NCBI RefSeq assembly: GCF_006345805.1
Contig: NC_042997.1
Location: forward strand, 18,848,001-18,912,000
Source of the DNA: Octopus sinensis
Taxonomy: Eukaryota
DNA: 64,000 nt
Direction: 5' to 3'
Under the pieces are notes generated by a model. It was given only the letters and a program-made list of their open reading frames with translations. It was not told the DNA's origin and did no database searches. Shown piece after piece: positions 1 to 13,939 of this stretch. The number at the start of each line of letters is the position of its first letter. Within the stretch, counting starts at the first letter, position 1. The translations under genes and the position numbers were made by a program.

Positions 1-1835
1 TCATCATCATCATCGTCATCATCATCATCATCAGTAGCAACAGTAGTACAGCAGTATTTTAGCTTAGTTTTTAAATTTGGATGCCCTTTCTATCATCAAG
101 CACATTATAAAATATCCTGAGTGCATTTCACCATGGTAACAGCTCTAAATCTTTGGTCATGTTACAATCATGACCCTATGCTATCTTCACTTAATTGTTA
201 TCCCCTTTACTGAGTGTACTGGATGCATTTCATTATGACACAACACCTTCTAAGACTAAAAAGTTCTCACTACCTTATGCTGAGTCCATTTGCGGAATAC
301 AACATGACCAAGAGGGTGAATAGCAAACGGAGTGATGGTAGGAGAAACTAGGGTGCATGTAGGGGAAAGGAACATGTATATGGTGGTAGAGACAGAGCTG
401 TAGGGGTGTGGAGGTGGGAATGTTGGCTGTTAGAATAAAAAGGATGATGATTGGGTGTATTAAGCAGAGGATAGTAGGAGGGTGCTCGAATACAGGGAAG
501 TCCAGGTCCATACCCCATTAAAGGAATGGTATAGTCCAGTGAAAGGAAAATGGAGAAATGTTTCAGAGAAAATACGGTTAGATAGGTACAATGACATCCC
601 TACATAGGAAGAATGACAGTGAGTAGGAGAAATTCACTAGTATCTAAAAAGGTGGATAGAAGACAAGGTAAGCTGACAGTGATAGGAAGGAGAGTGACCC
701 AGTAGAGAGTGCTAGAGCAAAAGATTGATAAAGAGAGATGAGTGGTCAAAAGATGTGAGAATGGGGAGAAGGCATTATGAGACTGGGCAGGCTGTAGACG
801 TAGAGTCAATGGGGAATGTTACATGGCACTGGCCTGAGGGTCTGAGGGCCAGTCAAGCAGCACTGGCATCGACCATGCTTAAATGGTGCTTTTTATGTGC
901 CACTGGCATGGGACCAGTCAGACAGCACTGTACATAAAAGAGGTGAAGTGGAGAGCAACAGTGTAATTAAACTGTGGGTGAGAAATAGGGATATGATGTG
1001 AATTATTAAGGATAGAAATGATGATAAGTGACAGAGATGAAGGTCAGAAGCATATAGGGGTGGATATAATGAGTGACAAAAAGGTGATGGATTATTGATG
1101 GTAGATATGAGAAGATATTTAGGGGAAAGACGTGTTCAATGGAAAATGCAGTGGTAAGAGATAAATTTGCCACAAGGGCAGCAGTTTTTGGAGAGGGGAT
1201 GAGTCAATTACATTGACCCAAGTGTTCAACTAGTACTTATTTTATTGACCCTGAAAGGATGAAAGGTAAAGTTGACCTTGGAAAAATTTGAACTCAGAAC
1301 ATAGCAAGAGATTAAATACTGCTAAGCATTTCTCCCTGCATGCTAACGATTCTGTCAGCTCGCTGCCTTATAGTGGTAAGAGATAATGATGAGAATGTGG
1401 GACATGTGACAAAGGAAGTGGTTGAAAAGCAGGGATAACTAGCATCATGACAGAAGGGATGGAATATGTGCAGTTCTGCTCTAATATAATAACAGCAGCT
1501 GAGGCAATAACATCATAGTGAGAAGGGTGGAAGAGGGAAGGGTTTTATGAATATGAATTATTGTTGGGAAGGCTTGAAGGGTAAAACTTGGATGTGAGGG
1601 CTTAGACATTCACGATTTGTATTTAAGAACTCAAGGACAGTAAATTATCAATCAACTCAGACTTTTGTCATCTCCACTCAGTCTCTGAGCTCAGTCTTCC
1701 CAGCTTTGCTCATGTCATTTTGGGTTTCCCTCTACTATAAGTTCCATCCATTTGTAGGGCACGTCTATATGCAGCTGTTTTCATCTATACACATCACATG
1801 ACAATATCAACACAATCTTCACTCCTGCACACCTT
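1..1835 (-). mobile_element. Old RTE-clade LINE 3' end (RT C-terminus remnant, probable long 3' UTR, (GAT)n tail)
   Basis: Minus strand 1835-1655 translates as GVQE*RLC*YCHVMCIDENSC, matching the RTE R-L-R-W-Y-G-H-V-M-R-M motif also seen at 7.6 kb. (CAT)n at 1-33 and A-like fragments at 60-260 and 820-935. Continuity of the whole span is inferred. Confidence 0.5.
1165..1371 (-). mobile_element. SINE group C (C2 tail)
   Basis: Body motif GAAAGGATGAAAGG..GTTGACC..ATTTGAACTCAGAAC shared by more than 10 copies; perfect 15-bp TSD AGTGGTAAGAGATAA at 1150-1164 and 1372-1386. Confidence 0.9.
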
Positions 1836-2839
1836 TAGTTATATACTCAGTCAGGTCTGATATGGGCTAAAGAACAGCACCTACAGAATTAGAAGAATCA
1901 TTATTTTATTCTCTGTTCAGTCATTTCTCTGTATGATCATTTACAATTCCCTATTTCATTGATGATAATTTGTTTAGCCATTATAACACAATGCCTTTTT
2001 TCAACGTTTTAAGCCCGGTATTACTTAAGAAACTGATTTGAAAAAAACCGAAGCTTTTTGTGTATGTATGTAAGGATTATGTCAACTTATTGAAAGTTGT
2101 TTTCTTCTAGATTCTTAATTCATTCTATTCTTTGTGCATCACTAGTCTTGACTGCTTCCATTCACCATGACTCTTTAATGAATTTTTCTGAGTGGTTCAT
2201 AGGTAAATATCTGATATGTCTCTTATTATTATGAACAAGTGTAGTTGTAAGATCTAATTATTATTATACCACAAACCTTCACACTGCTGTTTATTTACTA
2301 CTGGTAATGCTTATTCATTACTTCAGATTTTGTTGGAAACACTGCTTGTGTCACTGCACACATCAATAATAAAATTTGTGTTGTGAAAAGAACTGGTGTT
2401 ATGGACATCTATTCTGTTCTCCGACTTTTCAATCAGCTGAAAGAAAAATTTCTTCATATTTTCTTTATTCATAGATTGTGTTGTTGTGACTGTTTTGTTT
2501 ATTTGTTTTTTAATTGCAATGTCAGTCTGATAAAGGAAGAATTTCTATAGAGTTTTTGAGCCCTCTTTGACTATATATTAAGAATAACTGAGTGGTACTA
2601 TGGCAATCACTGGTCAGTTTGAATTGTTGCTGGTTAGATGGGATGAATAGTGATAGAATTTCCAAATGATGTAAATTTAAAAGCAAAATGGTTGGAAAGA
2701 AAAAATGCTTAGAACGTTTCGTAAATGATGATATGCAATGTTTTCTAAACAGTGGGGGGAAGTGATATGAAAAGGAAAGGTAAATACAGTATGTGTGAGT
2801 GATATGAACAGTCAAGACAATTTTGATTTTCGGTGACCA

Positions 2840-3070
2840 TTGCCAGTACCAACTTACTGGCCCTCATGCTGGTGGTATCTAAAAGCAGCCACTACACTCT
2901 CGGAGTGGTTGGCATTAGGAAGGGTATCCAGCTGTAGAAACTCTGCCAAATTAAGATTGGAGCCTGGTGCAGCCATCTGGTTCGCCAGTCCTCAGTCAAT
3001 TCGTCCAACCCATGCTAGCATGGAAAGCGGACATTAAATGACGATGATGATGATGATGATGATGATGATG
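2840..3070 (+). mobile_element. Group A RTE-related 3' element, 5'-truncated
   Basis: GAGTGGTTGGCATTAGGAAGGG..CCAACCCATGCTAGCATGGAAAGCGGAC followed by (GAT)n; same 3' region as the RTE at 7502-8511. Confidence 0.85.
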
Positions 3071-4319
3071 TTAAATTGTTGTAAAAGGAACACACTAATT
3101 TGTGAAACTACAAATAAATATAGAACCAGAGCCAGTGTGTTCAGAGCCATAAGCCAACACTACAATGTGTACTCCTGATAAAATCTGACATGAAATACTA
3201 TGGTTAAAGAAAAAAAACTACCAATTAAACATTTCTATACTGTATTTAATCATTACTTTGCATTTAGTTTAAAGAGATATGTTCAATGAAAAATTCAGGC
3301 AAAACATTAAAAATATAAACATGAAAAATCAGTTAATTATGTTATAAAAGTTACTCCTTATAGTTTATGAGGCTGATTTACTGAGATCTTGACAATTATT
3401 GTCCTGTCCACTCAAAGAAAGTTATTAAGCCTTCACCTTCCACTCAACAGTCCATTCTCACCCATACCAAATCGTGAAATAAGTCCTCATACAATACAAC
3501 CCTCACATTTCCCAGCACCAGTCTATCCCTGTCATCCATTCTCTTCTGTTTCAAAAATGGTCTCACTTGCCTTCTTTATTTCTAAGTTTGCACGTTATCA
3601 TTTGGATTATGAAATTTTGTTGAAGCTGTTCAGAATGTGTAGTGATGCCCTAGTTAGTCCCCATGTAGTCCCCAGTTTTGGACAAACAAAATTGATTTGT
3701 CTATCTTGTTGGTAGTTTTTATTTTTTAATAGCTGTAATCTATGAATGTTCTCATGAAATGTGTCATATTCTTATTTCTGTTGATAAGTCTGCAATACAA
3801 GAGACTTTGTTAGTCTTCTTTCATGAAGGTTGTGCAGGCTGGCATGTAGGTTTGCATGTAGGTAACAGTTTTATGCAAGTGGGAAGAAATTTACACAATG
3901 TAACTGTTAGCCTAGCCAAAAGCGTACTTGACTCTGACTATAAGTTGTTTGTGCAAAGAAACGAAAAACATGATTAAAGAAATCTCTAAAAGCAGAGCAA
4001 CCCTTGAGCTGAGAGAGGAAAAATTGGACAACATTCTATTAATACATACTGCGATGGAAAAATTATTAATGAGCTTCTGACCTATGCACTTATTGCTGAA
4101 AGTGCTTAAATCCAAACAGCCTTGCTTGAAAATTATTTGGATTGACAGTTTAAAATTTTATTGATATAAAAAAGACTGTTTTCTTTTTGGTGCTATGAGT
4201 GAAAGGCAATTGATGTGAGATATAAAAAATGTTTTCAAATGGTCAACTTTCATTACTTTTTAAAAATGAATACCTAAATTGCTGTACAATGTAATTGGTT
4301 ATAGTCAACTCAATAACAT

Positions 4320-4758
4320 AGTGGAGTGCTAAGAGTACCATATGAACGTGATCGTTGCCAGAGCAACAAGCTGGCCTCTGTGCCGATGGCATGTAAAAAG
4401 CACCATTTGAGCGTGATCGTTACCTGTGTCACCTTACTGGCACTTGTGCTGGTGGCACGTGAAAAATATCATTTGAGCGAGGTCGTTGCCAGTGCTGCTG
4501 GACTGGCTTCTGTGCAGGTGGCACATAAAAAGCACCATTTGAGAGTGGCCATTGCTAGTACTGCCTGACTGACCCTCGTGCCAGTGGCACGTAAAAGCAC
4601 CCACTTCACTCTCGGAGTGGTTGGCATTAGAAAGGGCATCCAGCTGTAGAAACTCTGCCAGATCAGATTGAGTCTAGTGCAGCTGTCTGGTTCACCAGAC
4701 CTCAGTCAAATTCTCCAACCCATGCTAGCATGGAAAGCGGATGTTAAACGATGATGAA

Positions 4759-4791
<33 letters not shown>

Positions 4792-4799
4792 AATGGTGA
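4320..4799 (+). mobile_element. Group A RTE-related element with internal tandem subrepeats
   Basis: Repeated TGGCA(C/T)GTAAAAAGCACC units and (GAT)n tail; degenerate TSD GTCAACTCAATAACAT (4304-4319) / GTTGACTCAGTAACAT (4800-4815). Confidence 0.85.
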
Positions 4800-5974
4800 G
4801 TTGACTCAGTAACATTATGTTTACCATGCTGCATTGAGAACATAGTCAATCAACAGAAAATTAAAAAGCTTGTCTTTCACAAGTTAACTCTTTCCATATC
4901 TCAATATCAGCTGGATGAAGAATTTGCTGAGTTCAGTAGCTCAAAGGTATACTGCTCAAGCTGAGCAGTGAGATACACAGCTGAGAATAGTCAAGCTCAG
5001 TTATCCTGTTCAACACAAACAATTAAAATTATTGCAATTGAGAACAGTGAGTATAAAAGTGGAGAAGACTGAGCAAGAGGGAGAGCCTAATATGAAATCT
5101 GTTGTATTATTGATCATTAAGGTAAATGCAAGAAAATATCCTAAGTGTATCACTTACACAGCCATTAACATAAAGAAATGATGGACAAAAAGGTTCAGCA
5201 ATGTTGACGAGATACTTTTGATTGTTGGGTTAAAAAGCTATAAGATGAGCTGGTTCAAAAAGGCAATTTTGGATTTGTGGGTGCTGGGCAGACATTCTAC
5301 AATAGCAACATATAAAAGTTTATGACCTTATCAATGTTAGCAAATATCAAAGCAAGATAACCATTGAGATAAAAGAACAAAGCAGTTTCATTGTGACAGA
5401 CAAGTATTTGAAATAGCTACCTAAATAGAAGACTACTTTGAAGGGATATTTAATTTAGTTTACATACTGTTTTTTAAACGTAATTTGAGATAGCATACGT
5501 ATTTTCTATGAAAATTTGAAGTTAAATTTACCAGTTCATCAGAAAACAGACAACAGTTTGAAATAGAGACAGCTTTGCTATATAATGCTGTTTATTCCTT
5601 CCTACATGAAATTGTGTTTCATGGATTGTCACTTTATATTTGAAGTCAGCAGAGCATTTCTCCATATAGTTTATCTACTGTCAGGTTACTTTTATCTTCT
5701 AAATTCAAGCAACATAAATTGTGACTGGCAAGTGTTTTGTTCTACTGTATAGCATTGAGTTTCAGTGACTATACGATAAATAAGACAAGATACCAACACA
5801 TCATGACTAATTCATGCAAAGAAAGCAACAAATATATTTGTGGTATATCATGATGACTGTAACAATGTAAAGCAAAGGTTTAACAAATAATTCATGTTAC
5901 TTTCATAAGTTTTTTGTCGCCACTATTCTTTTATTGTATCTTTTAAAGTAACTTCTATGTGTTGTTTCTGTATT

Positions 5975-6205
5975 CTTTTCTTTTATTCTTTTATTTGTTT
6001 CCGTCATTTGATTGCAGCCATGCTGGAGCACTGCCCTCAGTCGAGCAAACTGACTCCAGAACTTATTCTTTGTAAGCCTAGTAGCCTAGTACTTATTCTA
6101 TCAGTCTATTTTGCTGAACTGCTAAGATATGGTGGCGTAAACATACCAGCATCGGTTGTCAAACGATGTTGGGGGACCAACACAGACACACAAACATATA
6201 CACAC

Positions 6206-6257
<52 letters not shown>

Positions 6258-6445
6258 TCATACATACATACATACATATACACACATATATAATATATGA
6301 CGGGCTTCTTTCAGTTTCCATCTACCAAATCCACACACAATGTTTTGGTTGACCCGAGGCTATAGTAGAAGACATGCCCTAGGTACCATGCAGTGGGACT
6401 AAACCCAGAACCCTGTGTTTGGTAAGCCGCTCCCACACCTGTGCA
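5975..6445 (-). mobile_element. SINE group B (tRNA-like head, internal TA/TG microsatellite)
   Basis: Reverse complement aligns to the copies at 12886 and 49817. Confidence 0.85.
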
Positions 6446-7229
6446 CTTGTATCTGCCTTTTGTCTAAGACTGAACTGAACATCTTTGATTTTATTACAGA
6501 GTTTCAATGAGTTGATAAACTTTGCTAAGAACCTTAGCAAAGGAGAAGAAAAGTACCTTAGTAAGGATAAGAAAAATGCAACGTTAATATGGAGATAAAT
6601 TAGCACAACTAATTCATATCAAGATTATAGACAAGTGAAAGTGTGTACAAAGCTTTATGATGCATGAGACATGAAGTGTGATTTGCTTACACAAATGTCT
6701 CATGTTTACATGACCATCGGTTGACCAGTCAGTGTGTTTGTTGACCAAAAGACAAACAGACACATATATATAGATACAAAAATGTTATTGTTTGAATAAG
6801 AATTTTTCTGAAAGTAATGTTTTTCCAACAAGAAAGAAAGTGATTAATTTATTTGGTCACAATCAGCTGAAGAGCGTGCAACATCATTAAGTGGTTTCTG
6901 CAGTTTCTGCAATGAGCAAAACATCTCTGATGTTTATTTCATGTGTGTTCTTCAAATGTAATTTATAAACAGAGCTGTGAAAATATGCGAGATTATTCTA
7001 GAATTCAACAGGTAACTCTTCTCTGTTTTTGTTATCTAATTGACAATAAGACCTTTGTTTCTTAATTAGAATTCATTCCCTTCTTCATTGCTTCAAGTAA
7101 AAATAACCATAATATATACACACTTGTATGAACATATTCATATATGCATACACACAAATATGCATCCTTACATACATGCATGTTTTCATGCTTACATAAT
7201 GTGTAGGTACAAGCTTATATTAATCCATT

Positions 7230-8960
7230 TCCAATGCAACAAAATTCAAAATTAGATCAGTTTTGCTGAAAAGAACACAGAGAAGATAAAGCAAAGGAAA
7301 GGATTTGTGTGGACTACCAACAAAATTTATAGCATCTTACCTTCAAAGGCACCTCCATGTAATTCACTAGCAAGAAATCCTCACCAATACCTTATATACA
7401 AAAGACAGAAATCACGAGTGGACAATATATATAGATTACACCAAATGAAAACTGAAACATTATCCACATCATAGCCAACTGTGAGAGAATATATCTTCTA
7501 GGTGATAGTCGAGGACATGCTTCGGTTTGAAAGAAATGAAGCCAGTATGATTCACTGGCTGTGCAATGTCAGTGTGCATGTTTGACAGAGTGTAAGCATC
7601 TTGAGAGAAAAGTTAGGCATAAGAGACATCAGATGTGGTGTGCAAGGGAGATAAATGCACTGGTATGGTCATATGATGTGTATGGACAAGGACAGCTGTG
7701 TAAAGAAGTGCTGATCCCGAACTGTGGAGTGAACCTGTGATAGAGGTAGATTCAGGAAGGCATAGGGTAAGGTGGTGAAGCATGATCTCCAAACTTTAAG
7801 CCTCTCAGAGGCAACAACTAGTGACCAAAACCTATGGCAATACGTTGTGCTTGAGAAGATCCATCAGGCCAAGTGAAATCGTAGTCGTGGCTGATGCTGT
7901 TGTCACTTAAGTGGCACCTATGCTGGTGGCACGTAGAAAGCACTTTTGAACATTGAGCCTCGCAGAAGCAAAGTGGTTGAGTTCCTTTCAAATATTGGGC
8001 TTCATGGAGGCAATGACTGAGACCTTTGGCATTATGTTGTGCTTGAGAAGACTCATCAGTCCAAATAAAATTGCAGTCATGGCAGGTACCAGTGTCACAC
8101 AAATGGCACTCGTGCCGGTGGCATGTAAAAGCACCTTACAAGCATTGGGTCTCAAGGAGGCAAGGACTGAGAATATTTGGCATTATGCCAAGCTTCGAGT
8201 GTTGTGCCTCACAGAAGCAATGACTAAGTCCATTTGGCATTATGTCGTGCTTGAGAAGAAGACCCATCAAGCCAAGTAATGCCACAGTCACAGCAAATAC
8301 TGGTGTCATGCAAATGGCACACATGCTAGTGGCATGTGAAAGCACCCAAAACACTCTCGGAATGGTTGGCATTAGGAAGGCCATCCACCCGTAGAAATCA
8401 TGCCAAAACAGACTGGAGTGTAGTGCAGCCTTCCTGCTTGCCAACCCTGGTCAAACTGTCCAATCTATGCCAACATGACAACAGACGTTACATGACGATG
8501 ATGATGATGATTACCATCTCAAGACGGATGATGGCTTAGCCAGAGAAATTTACAATAGAATTAAAATAAAACAGCAACTGAAGATGACCAGTAGATCAAA
8601 AGATTATGGGTAGAACTGAAGAATGAAAACAGCAACAAAAATTGAAACTCAACTAACTTGATATTATTGTTTGCAATTATAAAATATACTATGTTGTTAG
8701 AAATCAGCTGTCCTCTTGATGTAAATGAAGTAAAAGGAAACATCTGTGGACTTTTGTTGATGAATCTGCAAATCCCATATGAGAAATACACTTGAAGTTT
8801 TATATGCTTTGTTATTGGGGTGGCAGAATATGTAATAAACAACTTCAATTAAGGTATGATTCAACCTAGTTTCTTAGATAAAGAATTTAGCTCTATAATC
8901 CACATGTTAAAGAAGGGTGATATATGGCAATAAAAATCTGCAAAATTTTCATAAAACTTA
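7230..8960 (+). mobile_element. Decayed RLE-type (R4/Dong-like) non-LTR retrotransposon C-terminal region, split by an RTE insertion
   Basis: NIIHIIANCERI just before 7501 resumes after 8512 as YHLKTDDGLAREIYNRI (zinc-knuckle/RHD region), then LDIIVC, EISCPLDVN, FVIGVAEY (restriction-like endonuclease region); many stops and frameshifts. Confidence 0.6.
7502..8511 (+). mobile_element. 5'-truncated RTE-clade LINE (RT C-terminus pseudogene plus 3' UTR)
   Basis: 7502-7876 translates VIVEDMLRFERNEASMIHWLCNVS..LREKLGIRDIRCGVQGR*MHWYGHMMCMDKDSCVKKC..RGRFRK..VLEKIHQAK*; continues into a group A 3' end and (GAT)n. Confidence 0.9.
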
Positions 8961-9039
8961 AATGGTGAATGGTTGCTCAAAGTTCTTTTGGAATACATGT
9001 CCATCAAACTAGAGGATACCAACAACACTGACAGGAAAA

Positions 9040-9735
9040 GTGGTCTCTGTGACCTATTGATAAATACATCTCATCCTGTTTGAAAGAATACTTCTTAACT
9101 ATTCAGAAACTACTAAATACTTTATTTATCACACAAGAGAGATAAGGATGGCTCCAAACCTCCCTATTTTCGTAGAAAATGTTGATTATATCACACCAGT
9201 GTTGAACATATAACTCACATTGTCAGAAGCTGTTTAAAAGTGCTTTCACTGTATTGCATTTCCATGTGATATGACATTGTTGCCAGAAGTATTCATAAAA
9301 TTATTCACTGGAACGTTTGTACTGACAGTCATATGAATAGAACACCAATATTACAATGGTGTTCCTTTCATATCTAACAATAAGAAATACTGGTGGAGCA
9401 ATCTAATGGAAATGGTAATCCAGTCCAAACATAACGGATTTGATATTGTTCTGTGGGGCAGAGAACAAGAAGTTATGCATTATTGTAGAGGACAGCTGCT
9501 TAGTAGACAGAGAATGGATTGAGAATCAAACTAATTGGAAACTTATAGCTCTTGAATCAAGGCTAAAGATTTTTTATTGTACCTTGTATAGAACTATCTA
9601 ACAATAAATTTGAACAAAAGTCTAGATAAGTTGGCATTTTCTATGAAAGAACAAATTTAACTGATTTTCATCCTATAAATTACATTGATTAGTGGATACA
9701 GTTAAGATTCGTAGAACATTTCAAATATTTTTTCA
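9040..9735 (+). mobile_element. Second decayed RLE-type retrotransposon 3' fragment
   Basis: KC*LYHTSVEHITHIVRSC..YDIVARSIHKII, then NNKKYWW..KHNGFDIVLWGR: degenerate CCHC knuckle and HNRPDIV-type endonuclease motif. Confidence 0.65.
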
Positions 9736-11422
9736 TCTGGATTTCCTGCATTGAATGTATCACACAATTCTGCGTGAATATGGAATATACACACATACAG
9801 GAAAAGTAGTCTCATACAAACACACACTCAAGTACTAAAGAGACTTGTACACCCATTACAAGAGTGCAAGTATATACACAAATAGGTACCTGTTGTCTCC
9901 CTGATACATTTACAAACTCCTGAACTGTCTTCACTCAAACAAAACTGTTTTTCCATAACCAGCTTGAATTCTGTGAGAAAAAACTTGAATTTCAACGAAA
10001 ATGTATATTTACAAACATACACAATGCATATATATCTACATACATGCATGCATACATACACATACATATAAATCCATACATGCATGTATATGCAAATGCA
10101 TTCACTCAAATACATACATACATACATACACACACACATACACATAGATGAACACATAGGCAGGCAGGCATTTAGAAAAGCTAACAGAGGGAACTGTGTA
10201 GAAATACGAAAGTGTACAAAAATATATTATTCATAAATATACGCTGGTGCAATAATGCATTATATAACATTCTCTTAATAACCTCAATTGCAGCAAATAA
10301 GCTACAGTAGTAACTGCACTAGTTTTAAAATACTTTATATGTTGTAGTTTTTCTTTTGGAAGACATTGTGGAATAGGTGAAAAAACAAAACTGGGAAACA
10401 TTTTTGAAATATTACTTAGCAAAGCATCTACTCATCTTAAATGAAACATATCAATATGAGATCAGCATAGTGCATTTCTTAAAAGTTATTCAAATTCTCA
10501 TTGAGATACTGTTACTGATTAAGTAAGTTCAAGTTTGGTCTCTTGGGAAGAAATATTCACCTGAAACTTGATAATTTTTAATTTACCACATTTTATTCTT
10601 AGTTATTAACAGCTATATAGCTTTTCTTAATAAGTGAGTTTCTACTTTTTTGGCACCAGTTCACAGAGAAAAATGCGTGAAAATATTTCTTATTGCAAAT
10701 AATTTAGCAGCAATAAAAATTTGTACTGTATAAATTCTTTCATATGTCTAACTTTATCAAATTAATCCTTATGTTAACTTAGTTATAACTTTTCTGATTT
10801 GATTGCATATCTCCAAGTCTAAGTTGTTGCTATTCATTGCTCATATATCATTGCAAGTAAACATCTAAAAAAAATACAGAGAATATTAATGGATTTTAGG
10901 ATTATTCTCTATATTGCAATTTATTAGAACTATTGTTAACAGAATATAGAAAATAACTAAAAAAAACAAAAAATTAAAACAGCTGCAAGAGTGTATTTTC
11001 ATTACCAAAGTCATCTAATATGCAATGCTTAACATCACACACAGTAAAAATGCAAACTGAAAAAAAGTAATAAAAAAAAAATGAAAGAAAGAAAGAAAGA
11101 AAAACTTGCTGCATTAATGGCTCTATGAATTTTTTTTCCTCAGCATTTAATGAACATAAATTCCAACAGGTAAAACATGTTTAAGCTGGGTATTATAAAT
11201 CAACGGGATTTTTTTCTACATTAGAGAGAAAAATATTACAAACATTAAGAATTTCTTTTAGCCTTATTTATAAGATTTTACATATTTAAAACTGCATATA
11301 TTTTCAGTATGTCTGTTTAAAGATTTTGATATGCTTATCTGATTAAAGTAACTAACAAAAGAAAGTTATGAATTCGAGTGAAGAATAAAGACTAAACTTT
11401 GTTTTTCAATATAATAATAAAT

Positions 11423-11877
11423 TTTCTTATTTCTTTATTGCCCACAAGGGGCTAAGCATAGTGGGGACAAACAAGGAGAGAAAAACGGATTAAGTCGATT
11501 ACATCGACCCCAGTGCGTAACTGGTACTTAATTTATCGACCCAGAAAGGATGAAAGGCAAAGTCAACCTTGGCGGAATTTGAACTCAATGTAACGGCAAA
11601 CAAAATACCGCTAAGCATTTTGCCTGGCATCCTAGTGATTCTGCCAGCTCGCTGCCTTAGATTCTTATTTCTTTATTGCCCACAAGGGGCTAAACATAGA
11701 GGGGACAAACAAGGATTATATTGTACCCAGTGCGTTACTGGTACTTAATTTATCGACCCTGAAAGGATGAAAGGCAAAGTTGACCTTGGCGGAATTTGAA
11801 CTCAGAATGTAATGGCAGACGAAACACTGCTAAGCATTTTGCCCGGGGTGCTAACGATTCTGCCAACTCGCCACCTT
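11423..11877 (-). mobile_element. Head-to-tail dimer of SINE C (C1 tail)
   Basis: Two copies, about 11423-11659 and 11662-11877; flanked by TATAATAATAA at 11410-11420 and 11877-11887 (possible TSD, low complexity). Confidence 0.9.
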
Positions 11878-12885
11878 ATAATAATAATAATAATAAAAAC
11901 TTATAATAATAAGTTTTCTGTCTACTGATTAAGTTACTTATTACCATAAGATATTTCAATAATTTTGCTATATATTGTATCATTTTCAACTTTACAGGGT
12001 TTAGAAACATCTTAAATGAAGAACTGATATCAAACTATTATCGATCAACTTGCTTCATATGAAAGTGTGAATTAATGATGATAAATTCTAAGCTTGCATG
12101 GTAGTCAAGGAGTGTTAGGCCATAGCATAAATCTATGACATCAATGCATTTGTAAATGTGAAAAAATGGCAATAGCATTTCAAAAATATTAATATGATTT
12201 AATATTTCCAATGCAACAATGACATTTTAACACCATTAATATTTGAGTTGGTTGAGTAACAAATTTATTTTTACCTTTTTTGCTGCAAAAATGGTGAAAT
12301 GGTTAACTGCTGCACATTTTTTCTGCTAATTACAATTTATATCATTAGAGAGAATTTCTGATATTGTAATAAACATATTCTATATCGGAGAATATTGGGA
12401 AGAATACAAATGTATGCTTGTATATTAGGATGCATACTTGAAAAATATGAGGAAAATTCAAAAGATTAACTAATGAATGTTAATTCTCCAGCATCTCAGC
12501 TAGATCCATTGGCACACAAAATGTACCAGACACTGAGCAAGTTTAACAAAGAATTTGTTAGCTTCAAAGGGACTATATTTCTTTGAACTACATTCTGTTA
12601 TGAACATGTCATGTGGAATTCTCTTTGTGCTCTTGTAATGACTATACAGAAAACGTGTAACATTTGTTGGAATGTACAGGTACCAGCCTGAGTGATGTGA
12701 AATTTAAAAAATAGTTCTCAAAAAGCTATTAAGTTTTGAGGTGGAATTATTTTTAAGGAGGTTACAAACAATTTAATGACAAACATCTAAAGGTTCTTTA
12801 TCACTACTTCATTCTAGCTTTTGAGTTTTTGCTTTAGCCTTGACTTACCAGTTTTATACAGATGCTCAAATCATTTAAATGAATA

Positions 12886-13283
12886 GGAGTGGCTGTGTGG
12901 TAAGTAGCTTGCTTACCAACCACATGGCTCCGAGTTCAGTCCCACTGTGTGGCACCTTTGGCAAGTGTCTTCTACTATAGCCTCGGGCTGACCAAAGCCT
13001 TGTGAGTGGATTTGGGAGACGGAAACTGAAAGAAGCCCGTCGTATATATGTGTATATATATATGTGTGTGTGTGTGTATGTGTGTCTGTTTTTGTCTCCC
13101 CAACATCGATTGACAACCGATGCAGCTGTGTTTACATCCTCGTAACTTAGCGGTTCAGCAAAAGTGATTGATAGAATAAGTACTAGGCTTAGCAAGAATA
13201 AGTCCTGGGGTCAATTTGCTCGACTAAAGGTGGTACTCCAGCATGGCTGCAGTCAAATGACTGAAACAAGTAAAAGAGTAAAT
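12886..13283 (+). mobile_element. SINE group B, full length
   Basis: A-box-like TGGCTGTGTGG, B-box-like GAGTTCAGTCC, CORE-like CC(T)TTGGCAAGT, internal (TA)/(TG), 3' hairpin CAGTC-AAAT-GACTG and GTAAAAGA tail. Confidence 0.9.
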
Positions 13284-13939
13284 AAAATATATAAGCTAGA
13301 TATCAGTAAGTATACTTTTTAAATATGGCAAACAAAATTCGATCTCTGCTCTATGACAGAAAAAGAGCACCTAAATTGGTTTCCATTGCTTTATTTAGTT
13401 TCTGAAATACTTTTTGTTCCTCTTTGTGTATTCCGTTGAAGGTGTAAATTCCTTTTCTTTTATATATTTTGCATTTGGGATGCTATGAAATGTGGCAGAC
13501 TGTAGAAGAAAGAGATAAGAAAGGATGCTTTGTGTATAATTTTCTATGTGGGTGCAGTGAGGCAAGTGAACATTAAAGGAACAGCCTAAAAGAGATTCTT
13601 GTGGGATACTATTTGAAAAAACTTATACCACTGGAATTTTTATCATTTAACTTTATCAATAAACTCATTGTGTGACAATAAATGCATGTGTGTGTGTGTG
13701 TGATTGTTGCTGTTTAGACACAAGACAACATCTGTCTAAAAGAAATTTGATGAAAGGTTTTTCACTCATGGCTATCTTGCTTTGGGATTTTTTTTAAGAT
13801 ATAATGCTTATAGGGATATAATATCAAATGTGTCCATTTTTCAAATACAGGGGTGTAAATTCGATGTCACCTTTATTGGTTCATATTTTGAAAGCTGGTT
13901 GGCTAGTTGTATTCTACATTTACTTTCTAAAGATGAATC

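Noticed and set aside
6660-6780. Hairpin CATGAGACAT..ATGTCTCATG and a TATATATAGAT end, Helitron/Helentron-like or pre-miRNA
   Set aside because: Single short hairpin, no matching opposite terminus, stem too short and bulged for a miRNA call.
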